From IMG/VR virus record IMGVR_UViG_2850808358_000014: DNA of 48,456 nt, one strand, 5' to 3'. Below are positions 40,337 through 48,456 of this stretch, piece by piece. This DNA comes from a virus (Duplodnaviria; Heunggongvirae; Uroviricota; Caudoviricetes). Position numbers and translations under genes: made by a program. How positions within the stretch are numbered: position 1 is the stretch's first letter; the number at the start of each line of letters is the position of its first letter. The notes below the pieces were generated by a model. It worked only from the letters and a program-made list of their open reading frames with translations, had not been told where the DNA came from and searched no databases.

Positions 40337-40780
40337 TCAGTACAGCAGAGGCTCGCGCAGTGATGCCGGAATATGCCGCAGCGATAACTGAACCGCTTTC
40401 AGGGCAAGCGAGGAATAACAGCAGCGCGCCCAGCCTTTTGCCATTAACCGGTAATCGCGCCAGATACGCTGCCACATTTCCCGGGCTTCAGGATCTGATG
40501 CGCAGATGTATTCCCGGTCCATGACGTACTCCCATAAATCCACGTTGAACGCACCGCCAAATGCAATGGCGCGGGATATGCTTTCGCCGCAATAACGCGC
40601 ACAGATGCTGTAATGGTCGAAAGCAATCAGGTAAGTCTTTTCACCACAATCATCAACTTTCCGGGCGCAAATAAACTCGCGTAATTCACCACCGTTGTTA
40701 TTGCGTTCCTGAATTCGGATTAATGCCTGAATTTCATTTCGGATTTTGACATTCATTGTCAGCGTTCCTTTCAGTGACAT
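40337..40780 (-). CDS. Mu early-region protein
   Basis: 147 aa, conserved position. Confidence 0.7.
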   Translation of the reverse strand: MSLKGTLTMNVKIRNEIQALIRIQERNNNGGELREFICARKVDDCGEKTYLIAFDHYSICARYCGESISRAIAFGGAFNVDLWEYVMDREYICASDPEAREMWQRIWRDYRLMAKGWARCCYSSLALKAVQLSLRHIPASLREPLLY

Positions 40781-41034
40781 GTTTTTTCAACAGCCATTTC
40801 AGTGACACTGCCACCTGTGATGACACCATCGTTTTTCAAAATCTCAATGGCTTCATGAGCTGACTCATTAATTATTTTCTGGCTTTTGTTAAGCACCAAT
40901 AACGCCACCAGACCTGCAAGTGTAGCCTCATCCCCTTCCATTTCCACACTACCACCTACCGCAATACTGGTGCGCAAATGCCGTCCTTTAGTTCCAGATA
41001 CTGTATTTTTAATTTCAATAATTACCTTTGCCAT
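40771..41034 (-). CDS. Mu early-region protein
   Basis: 87 aa, conserved position. Confidence 0.7.
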   Translation of the reverse strand: MAKVIIEIKNTVSGTKGRHLRTSIAVGGSVEMEGDEATLAGLVALLVLNKSQKIINESAHEAIEILKNDGVITGGSVTEMAVEKTCH

Positions 41035-41045
41035 TTTGTTTCTCC

Positions 41046-41300
41046 TTATTGATTCTGAATAACTGCGCTGGCTTTTACCTTCGCGCCTTTTACCTGCTTA
41101 AAGAAAACCGCGCTGCACCACGGACAACATGCAAAGGAGTCCCATACTTCATTTTCTGGTGAGCATTGCGTCATAATTTGCTCTTTGCATTTGGGGCAAT
41201 TAAATGCAGTCAGAGGCACATTGTTATTCTGTACCCGTTTAACCCATTCAATATATTTTTCAGCTTTAGTACACATCGTTATCTCCAGATAATCTGGCAA
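41046..41300 (-). CDS. Cys-rich small early protein
   Basis: 84 aa with CPKC...CPWC. Confidence 0.7.
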
Positions 41301-41506
41301 CCATTAAGACGGGCCGTCCATACAGAACGGGCCACCCCGGACTTATGCTCCATAATTCTGACCGCGTTTTTTACCAGTTCCACCGGTGGGTAAGTGATTT
41401 CAAGAATCGGACGCGCTACGCCGAGATATGATTCATTTACATGACTCCCGCGCGCCTGTAACCAGTTCTGCGCATCCGTTGCCATTTTTATATTTCGGGC
41501 CATCAT
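41279..41506 (-). CDS. kil: Kil
   Basis: 75-aa ORF directly downstream of B, the position of Mu kil. Confidence 0.75.
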
Positions 41507-41521
41507 AATTTCTTCTCCTTC

Positions 41522-42459
41522 TTAATTACGCAGCAGCGTTGAAATATCAACGTCCAGGTCTAATTCACGGAAAGCCTGACGCAGATAATCTTCGTTAACA
41601 CGCTCACCTTTACCGTGAGCCGTCATGGCGGCAAGGCGAAGTGAATGATTCAGAATGCGAAGCGCACCTGGTTTCTGCGCAATCTGCTGTAATAACTCCA
41701 GTTCTTTTTCGCCGTTAATCTGCCAGGCATCCGCAATAGCTTTTACATCGGCTTTTTTGGTTTTATTAATTGCAGTGCGCTTTGCAATACGGGAAAACAG
41801 ACGGGCAAATTCAACCGTTCTGTTACCCCCGTCATATTTGAATAAACCCGGTGATTTCCCATCAGTACAAGGCCAATACGGGTTGATTCCTGTAACAGGC
41901 GGAGTTCTTCCAGAACTTCGGCACCAAGATGATCAGCTTCGTCGATGATAACCAGCCCCTGTGTACCTTCAAGGCGACGTCGCAGGGCACGGGAGAGTGG
42001 CCCTTTACGGCGTGGTGCGTCATTCATTCCCAGCTCAAACGCCAGTTCAGTAAGACATTCCAGAACGCTGGCACAGGATGGCGTAATGGTGATCATCCAG
42101 ACATTGTTATTGGTGCGGCGATATTCACGGGCCGCTTCGGTTTTGCCCACACCAGGATTGCCACATACAACAGCAATACTTTCAGTCAGGCTGGCAAAAC
42201 GCATACTTGTCCAGATTTGTTTTACCGTCTGCGTTTCCACAAAGCGGGGCGGTTCAGGTAGTTCTGCAACTGCATGATATTTTTCCAGCCAGCGTTGCAG
42301 CATTTGTGAAACACGCTCGTTATCCCCGTTGTACTTATCATTGATAAAACTACTGATAGTTCCGGTAGAAAGCCCGCTCTCAAGAGCAATTTGTTTAAAG
42401 GTGGTTTCTTCATTTTCTACAAGCGTGCGCAGTCCTGCGCGAATATCGGAAATATTCAT
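41522..42459 (-). pseudogene. B: transposition ATPase B, frameshifted
   Basis: MNISDIRAGLRTLVENEETTFKQIAL..., Walker A GNPGVGKT; frame slips after ...YSNMTG at a G/C run near 41829, C-terminal part continues in another frame. Confidence 0.9.
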
Positions 42460-42497
42460 CTGAATAACCTCGTAATTAAATTTTGTTTAAACGTTAA

Positions 42498-44494
42498 TTA
42501 AATGGCTTTTTTACGTCTGTTCTGTTCCAGAATATCCAGCGAATGATTCAGATATTCATCACGCTCAGTTTCGTATTCATCATCACGCTCCTGATTCTTC
42601 ACTCGTTCCGTATTACCGGAAGGCCGGAAAATGCCGACAATTCGTGATTCTGGTGCTTCAGGTTCGGCTATCTGCGGCAGCAGCTCTGCCACTTCCAGTG
42701 CATCCATTTGTTTCTGTGCCTTAATCGCTGCTTTCGTCGCAGATTTCAGTTGTTTCTGGCGGCGGCGATATTCACGGCCTGCCGCAGCATCATTAAACGC
42801 AACAGGTGCCAGACATTCCGCTTCACAGATAAACCGACCGTCCAGGGTGTAGCAATAAACCGTGCTGTGTAACTGCTGTGGATCAAATCTGACCACAACT
42901 TTTTTCACTCCGGCATTCATTAACGCCATGTTGTAATAAACGTTTTTCGCGCCTTTAAGGGAGCCGCCAACTTTAAGCGCGAACTCGCCTTTACGTGAAA
43001 CGTTCACCGCCTCGGCAGGCAGTAACAGCATCCGTTTTTGCTCTTCGGTAGGCTTACGCACAATCGTTCTGGCGTATTCACGCTCAAAAACGTCATCAAA
43101 CGAAAGTTTGCCTCCGCACATTTCTGTTTCACGGCCTGTTCTGGCATTGAACATCGCCACACCTTCGGCAAGGGTTTTCAGAAACAGCTCTGCATCAACA
43201 GCGCGGTCGCCATAGTTATCAGGTTTTGCCTGCGGATTTGGCCCCGTATATGCGCCAGCCAGTGCCGGATGCTTATCAACGTATTCCTCAAGCCCACCAA
43301 CACCGAAAGCACGTTCAACAGGTTTTGCCTGGCCCCAGCCTTTACCGGCAACAACGCTTGTCCAGTGCATTTTCGCCCCATCAGTAAAAACAGTCCTTTT
43401 GGATCGTCCTCTTTTACCTTAAAGCGGTAGCGATTGGGCGCGCCTCCCGTCAGCCATTTATTCGCAGCACCACGGGTGTTATCAATGGTGATGTGAAAAT
43501 CCTCCGGGATACCGTAGCGAGTCACAACATCCATGAACGAGAGGCGAATTGAATCAATGTTCTCGCTCACATCGCAGCGCCAGCCCAGAATTTTTCGGGT
43601 TTTCACATCCTGCCAGAACCATGTTTTCGGACGGATCACATCACCGTTAAACCAGCGTACAAAGACGTTATGCAGATAACCGTCGCCGTTGATCCACTGC
43701 ATGGCGTCCAGGTGTTCCACAGTTCGCTGCTGTGCCGGTATCAGATGCATCAGTGCATGTTCACCTTCACGACAGGCAACAACCATTGCCTCGTCCAGTT
43801 GCTGAATCCGGCGAAAGGCCGTGGCACGGGAGGGAATACTCCAGCCATGCTCGCGGGCTGCCAGTTCCAGACGCTCATAACATTTGCGGAAGGCGGGTTT
43901 TTCCGGTCGCAGATAATCTGCAATCAGAAACTGCCAGGCATCCTCGTCAAATTCACTTTTGTGAACATTGCGACGGGATGCTCCACGTCCATCAACAAGT
44001 GCAGCCGCCCAGTCAGGCTTCGCAAACTTCTGTACCTGGTAATACTTGTCCCGCAAAGTGGATGCGCTGACCTGGTAATGCCCTGCAACGGTCGCAAAAG
44101 CCGTTTTCGTTGAAATCCCCTGGTTCAGCATTTCGTCTGCAGCCTGAACCGCAGGCAACCATTTTTCAGCAAGTCTGCGCTGGGAATCGCTGGCGTTATC
44201 CCATTTGCTCCACAGTGCCTCACGATCATAATCATGGGCTTCCAGCGTGGGGCGGGCGATTTCAAAATACCCCTGGCTTGTTTCTATTTGCTCAGATTTT
44301 AATAACAACTCAGCACGTGCTGCCGCTGGTAGAACTGATATATGAAATTCCAAAGCCTTTGAACCCGTACGCTTGCGACGTAGTTCTGGATGATTGGCTG
44401 CAAGCTTTTCAAGATTGCGGCGAATACTCACCTCATGTTTAGGAAAGCATGACATTCCTACGCATTCTTGCGCTGTTACCCAATGGGTTAACAT
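42498..44494 (-). pseudogene. A: DDE transposase A, frameshifted
   Basis: 448-aa and 290-aa fragments both match Mu A; join ...FLLMG|AKMHWTSVV at a G/C run near 43377; N-terminal ~65 aa differ from Mu (D108-type). Confidence 0.9.
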
Positions 44495-44714
44495 GATGTT
44501 TTCTCCATATACCGAGAAGGCCAAATCTGGGCTGGTTCCATATCCAAATATCTAGCAATGATTGCTTCGTATCGTGGTATATGGCAGCGAAATACGTTAC
44601 GCATAGTGTCAGGCTTTAAGCCTGCCTCTCTGGATAATTGAGATAGTGTCTTCCCTTCATACGAACAGCAGCCTTTATCTGCTCTGCGTGCCAGTCTTGG
44701 TTTTTTGCTGACAT
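44488..44714 (-). pseudogene. ner: Ner-like early regulator (D108-type), frameshifted
   Basis: MSAKNQDWHAEQIKAAVRMKG then a frame slip near 44654; corrected it reads ...KTLSQLSREAGLKPDTMRNVFRCH... and ends overlapping the A start. Confidence 0.75.
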
Positions 44715-44883
44715 TCTGCGATCCTTACTCTCTTAACGTTTTCGGTAACTGATACCGGCTACCGCTATCGGGAAAAACGATAGCGCAGAAAAATGCGCAT
44801 TTCAAGAGCTGTGCGCATTTTTATTTTAACAAATGCAAATCAAAGCATTCTGTAAAATTCTTTATATAACAGAGAGATTGAAC
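44715..44883. promoter_or_regulatory. operator/promoter region between ner and c
   Basis: Divergent intergenic region, the position of operators O1-O3 and promoters Pe/Pc in Mu. Confidence 0.65.
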
Positions 44884-45492
44884 ATGACAGGCGAAAAAGA
44901 AAGCAAAAATGCAGAGCGCATTTTTATGCCCTCGGAAATAATGCGTTTCAAGGAACGCCTTGAAGAGGCAATGAATGGAGAATCAAGCCGGGCGTTTGCA
45001 GCTAAGTGCGGACTTTCTGATGGGGTTATCAGAAACTACCTGTCTGGCAAGACATACCCGTCTTTAGATCGATTAGCACAAATAGCCTACGCAACAGGGC
45101 GTCCAATAGAGTGGTTTATCCAAAGTCAGAGCATGCCAATGGTTGAGCATAAAAATGCTCAAGAGAATAAAAATCCTCAACCTGACCGCAGCACATTGAA
45201 AACTAAACTGATCGCAATTGTCGAATTGTTAGAGGACAAGGAACTGCATTCTGCGATTGAGTTGTTCAGAAAGAAAGGATTTGAAGCTCTTATGCCTGAG
45301 ATTTTTTCTTCCGATGATTCCATCCAGGCTGATTTGCAAGGTATTTCGCAGCAAACCTTACAAACAGCCAAAATGCTTGAATCATTACCAACAGATACCC
45401 GTAAAGAGATTTTGTCAAAGTATGGTATTTATGAACAGGAAGGTCTTGTAGCTCCTTCACAAGAACCACAAGATGTAAAAAAAGCCGTATAA
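44884..45492 (+). CDS. c: repressor c (non-Mu N-terminal DNA-binding region, Mu-like C-terminus)
   Basis: C-terminus ...ILSKYGIYEQEGLVAPSQEPQDVKKAV is close to Mu Repc; start taken at the second ATG, with an SD. Confidence 0.85.
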   Translation: MTGEKESKNAERIFMPSEIMRFKERLEEAMNGESSRAFAAKCGLSDGVIRNYLSGKTYPSLDRLAQIAYATGRPIEWFIQSQSMPMVEHKNAQENKNPQPDRSTLKTKLIAIVELLEDKELHSAIELFRKKGFEALMPEIFSSDDSIQADLQGISQQTLQTAKMLESLPTDTRKEILSKYGIYEQEGLVAPSQEPQDVKKAV

Positions 45493-45649
45493 CAACCATG
45501 AACCAGCTAAAACATACTTCACCTCACATAATCACACATGTAACATACCTAAACGGCATGAGCTGATTTGTGATATGAGTCATTTGGTTACAGCCTGGTT
45601 GTTATCGGTTTTGAACGTTTTTTGAAGCTGTTATTGAAATGATTTGCAG

Positions 45650-45830
45650 TGTTTTTGTTTTTCGTATTTTCAATGAAACAAAAGCAATTTTTTACTATCT
45701 TTCGCGTTTCATTGATTAACGACTAAAATTTGCGCTACAGGCTTGCAAGCCCCACCAAATCTAATCCCATCAGATCCCGAATAATCCAATGTCCTCCCGG
45801 TTTTTTTCGTACTTCAAGTGAATCAATACA
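45650..45830. other. Mu left end attL (MuA binding sites L1-L3)
   Basis: Reverse complement matches the Mu left-end sequence TGTATTGATTCACTTGAAGTACGAAAAAAACCGGGAGGACATTGG... as recalled. Confidence 0.85.
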
Positions 45831-45835
45831 GCCAG
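45831..45835. repeat. GCCAG target-site duplication, copy 2
   Basis: Identical to 8883-8887. Confidence 0.8.
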
Positions 45836-46830
45836 CTACCATCGGTGCGTTACCTGTCGCCGTTGCCCGCTCAGAAGGAGTCCTTGTCGGATACCTCCCT
45901 GGACTGGCCATGCGCCGCATAGCCGACTTACACGCCGGTGAAGCTAAAACTGATGCTCGTGACGCTGCCATCATTGCCGAAGCTGCCCGTACCCTGCCTC
46001 ACGCGCTACGCACGCTGAAACTGGCTGACGAGCAAATCGCCGAACTCTCCATGCTCTGCGGCTTCGATGATGATCTTGCCGCACAGACAACGCAGGCCAG
46101 CAACCGTATCCGCGGCCTTCTGACCCAGATACATCCGGCACTGGAGCGCGTTCTCGGTCCGAGACTTGAGCACCCGGCGGTACTCGATCTTCTCCAGCGA
46201 TATCCCTCACCAGAAAAACTCGCTTCGCTGGGTGAGAAGAAGCTGGCAGCCCAGCTCTGCAAACTTGCGCCTCGTCTGGGTAAACGCCTTGCAGCAGACA
46301 TAGCTCAGGCACTGGCCGAACAAACCGTCGTCGTTCCCGGCACGAATGCCGCTGCCGTAGTACTGCCACGTCTGGCACTCCAGCTCATCACGCTGCGTAA
46401 GCAAAGAGACGAGGTGGCGCTTGAGGTAGAACAGCGAGTTCTTGCTCACCCTCTTTACCCGGTCCTGACCAGTATGCCCGGAGTCGGTGTCAGGACCGCA
46501 GCCAGACTCCTCACCGAGGTCGCCTGCCGCGCCTTCGCCTCTGCCGCACATCTCGCTGCTTATGCTGGCCTTGCGCCGGTAACTCGGCGATCCGGCTCGT
46601 CAATACGCGGTGAGCATCTCTCGCGACGGGGTAATAAAGCTCTCAAACGGGCGTTGTTCCTGTTGGCCTTCGCCGCGCTCAGGGATCCGCTCTCCAGGGC
46701 TTACTACACCCGCAAAATGAGTCAGGGAAAACGACACAATCAGGCGCTTATCGCCCTGGCGAGACGACGCTGCGACGTTCTGTTCGCCATGATGCGCGAC
46801 GGGACTTTTTATACCCCGCAGGGGTCATAA
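45831..46830 (+). pseudogene. IS110-family transposase, C-terminal fragment (continues 8686-8887)
   Basis: In frame with the N-terminal fragment once Mu and one TSD copy are removed; about 60% GC. Confidence 0.85.
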
Positions 46831-46843
46831 CATGCTTGACAAC

Positions 46844-47065
46844 TTAATAGGGGCACCCCCCATTTTCACAATCAGCAACAAGAATATTTTTAGCGTCATT
46901 CAGCGACCGCGTTGCGATGTATCGGATACATTCCAGGGCGAACAATGTGTATTCTTCCCGTTCTTCCTTTCGTGCAAGCTCTGCTGTGCATTCAATATCA
47001 ATAAGCGCGTGCATCAGCGTAGTGAGTGCGGCGGCGGCTGCGTCCGGTGTGGTTTTATTGTGCAT
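46844..47065 (-). CDS. hypothetical protein, 73 aa
   Basis: Start overlaps the stop of the upstream gene (ATGCACAATAA); 3' end abuts the IS right end. Confidence 0.5.
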   Translation of the reverse strand: MHNKTTPDAAAAALTTLMHALIDIECTAELARKEEREEYTLFALECIRYIATRSLNDAKNILVADCENGGCPY

Positions 47066-47228
47066 AGGTTTCCCCCTGGCGAATACGGGCGACAAAAATC
47101 AGATGTGCGTGCGGCAGCTGCGCGCGGGCTTCGCGTTCAGTGGCTGCGGTAACGGTGAATATTGCAATGCTGTCTGTCAGGCACTGCATAAAGCGCCAGA
47201 CAAAGTAAGGGCGTGCGGATACAGCCAT
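47055..47228 (-). CDS. small protein, tandem paralog A (possibly Icd-like)
   Basis: 57 aa with WRF and TEREAR...FVARIRQG motifs; SD AAGGAG-N9-ATG. Confidence 0.5.
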   Translation of the reverse strand: MAVSARPYFVWRFMQCLTDSIAIFTVTAATEREARAQLPHAHLIFVARIRQGETYAQ

Positions 47229-47522
47229 GTGAAAGGCTCCTTTGCTTGATGTAAGGAGTCTCGCCAGCACGCTGTCAAACATGGTGGCGGGACGTAACAG
47301 GGTTGACAGACTGGCAGCAAAGAAACCAGCGAGCGCAAAGGCTCCCCCGTTACGCCCCGCCATAATGCGGGTATGGGTAGGTTTACGGACACAAAAAAAC
47401 CGCATATCGGAATGTAAGCGGCTGTCCGCTTTGCTATTCAGGCTGTCAAACCCGGTCGCCATGTGGGCGACGGGGGAAGAATACAGCCCCACGGTAATTT
47501 TTTGCAAGTTGTTTTTACGCAT
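47229..47522 (-). CDS. hypothetical protein reading in frame into paralog A (no stop as given)
   Basis: Start overlaps the paralog B stop (ATGCGTAA); may be a separate gene merged by a frame error. Confidence 0.4.
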
Positions 47523-47703
47523 GGCCAACCCCCTGACGAATACGGGCCGCGAATACAGCAACACAACCGGACGGGCAATGGTTACGCGCTTCGCGTTCAG
47601 TCCAGGCGGTGACGTGGATGATTTGGGACTCTGACGCACCAAAGGCGATAAAGCGCCAGAGAAAGGCGGTTTGAGAATGTACAAGGGTAGGGGTAGTAGC
47701 CAT
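47515..47703 (-). CDS. small protein, tandem paralog B (possibly Icd-like)
   Basis: 62 aa with WRF and TEREAR...FAARIRQG motifs; same SD spacing as paralog A. Confidence 0.5.
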   Translation of the reverse strand: MATTPTLVHSQTAFLWRFIAFGASESQIIHVTAWTEREARNHCPSGCVAVFAARIRQGVGHA

Positions 47704-47795
47704 GTCGGCAGCCTCCTTGATTGATGGAATGTAACCACCGCCGGAGGTCCTAAGCTCGCTGGCGGTGGACTGTACAGGGTTAGGACTACTGGCAA

Positions 47796-48053
47796 TCAAG
47801 GGAACCAGCCTACCCGAAGGTAGCCCCATACAGCCCACCATTGTATAGGTGTGCGTGTGCGTCGATACAAAAAAGACGCGTGCGGCGTCTGTATCGCCTC
47901 GATTGTCAGCGGGGTCCTAATCCCGGCACCCGTTTTATAAGGTGCACGCGAATCATAGCCTTGGCTGGCAGTGGCGATCAACTGGTTTTTCATACCCGCT
48001 TTATTCAGGTTGTGCGAGTCCCGCCCTTGCAGGTGTGTGGTATGATTTAACAT
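47796..48053 (-). CDS. hypothetical protein, 85 aa, first gene of the leftward operon
   Basis: Internal Met of a longer tracked ORF; lies just downstream of the operator region. Confidence 0.5.
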   Translation of the reverse strand: MLNHTTHLQGRDSHNLNKAGMKNQLIATASQGYDSRAPYKTGAGIRTPLTIEAIQTPHASFLYRRTRTPIQWWAVWGYLRVGWFP

Positions 48054-48054
48054 A

Positions 48055-48258
48055 GCTACCTCGATACTGTTGCTATCGTTGGTGGTTAGACGCCCTGCAT
48101 GTGTTGCGAGCACTGCGGGGCGTTGCTTAATTTGAGTGACAAAACTCAAACTGTGCGCACAGATTAAAATCATGTGTGCGCACATGTCAATACTTAACAT
48201 CTCATTTTTTTTGCTGTATTGTGTGCGCCCATAAAGTCCATTTAAGTGAGGTGCATCA
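48055..48258. promoter_or_regulatory. divergent promoter/operator region with TGTGCGCACA palindromes
   Basis: CTGTGCGCACAG, CATGTGTGCGCACATG and a half-site TGTGTGCGC between the divergent genes. Confidence 0.5.
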
Positions 48259-48456
48259 ATGTCTAGCGGTAACACAAACAACAAATCAGCAAAGAAAAAT
48301 ATTCGATTCCCACATGAGCTTATAGATGGGGTTTATGCCAGCGTTGAACAAGAAAAATTAACTAATCCTAGTGCTAATTTTTCCGCATGGGTCTTAGATG
48401 CCTGTGGACGCAAATTAAAATATGAACAGCGCAGGAAGGCCAAAGAATCAGAATAA
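48259..48456 (+). CDS. small putative DNA-binding regulator, 65 aa
   Basis: Basic N-terminus; divergent from the operon across the palindromic operators; no family confidently recognised. Confidence 0.5.
   Translation: MSSGNTNNKSAKKNIRFPHELIDGVYASVEQEKLTNPSANFSAWVLDACGRKLKYEQRRKAKESE

Larger units (their letters stand above)
8888..45830 (-). mobile_element. Mu-like transposable prophage, about 36.9 kb, both ends intact
   Basis: Termini match Mu attR (TGAAGCGGCGCACGAAAAACGCG...) and attL (...CGTACTTCAAGTGAATCAATACA); full Mu gene order c-ner-A-B...gin-com-mom on the minus strand. Confidence 0.95.
45831..46848 (+). mobile_element. IS110-family insertion sequence, right part
   Basis: Transposase 3' portion plus a short right end containing TTGACA just after the stop; outer boundary approximate. 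Confidence 0.6.
46849..48456 (-). mobile_element. satellite-like element, regulatory/early segment
   Basis: Leftward operon of small genes with coupled starts and a divergent operator region; co-oriented with the primase block beyond the IS. Confidence 0.4.

Noticed and set aside
3387-44714. Frameshifts as genuine pseudogenisation of a decaying prophage
   Set aside because: Both Mu ends, the target duplication and every gene are otherwise intact, and the lesions I traced are uniform single-base deletions at G/C runs; a technical origin is more parsimonious, though not proven without reads.
45730-46830. 366-aa plus-strand ORF spanning the Mu left end
   Set aside because: Its first ~33 codons lie inside Mu attL and the rest is the IS110-family transposase fragment; the ORF only exists because the frame happens to stay open across the insertion junction.
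47055-47795. 246-aa minus-strand ORF across the paralog region
   Set aside because: Its N-terminal third is in a different frame overlapping paralog B; it is better explained as 2-3 short genes with their own ribosome-binding sites.
1-48456. CRISPR array
   Set aside because: No regularly spaced direct repeats with unique spacers; the repeat clusters are iterons, gix sites and operator-like palindromes.

Overview
The window is dominated by a complete Mu-like transposable prophage (about 36.9 kb, 8888-45830, reverse orientation). Its immunity end (c, ner, N-terminus of A) looks D108-type while the rest reads as Mu-type, and the G segment is in the S/U-expressing orientation. It has inserted, with a 5-bp GCCAG target duplication, into the transposase gene of an IS110-family insertion sequence. 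That IS in turn lies inside a satellite-like (P4/PICI-like) element: P4-type primase with an iteron origin, SSB, lambda gpE-like capsid and gpD-like decoration genes, tandem small paralogs and regulators. The 3' ~1 kb of IS4 bounds the window start. At least 15 genes are split by single-base frameshifts at short G/C runs; the simplest explanation is a homopolymer assembly artefact, not decay. Best candidates for something undescribed: the capsid-encoding satellite, a low-GC three-ORF cassette between Mu gp27 and the large terminase, an opposite-strand ORF in the Mu early operon, and a candidate bridge-RNA region with split promoter in the IS110 ends. All identifications rest on my reading of the ORF translations and recalled protein families; no database search was run, and coordinates read directly from the sequence text may be off by 1.
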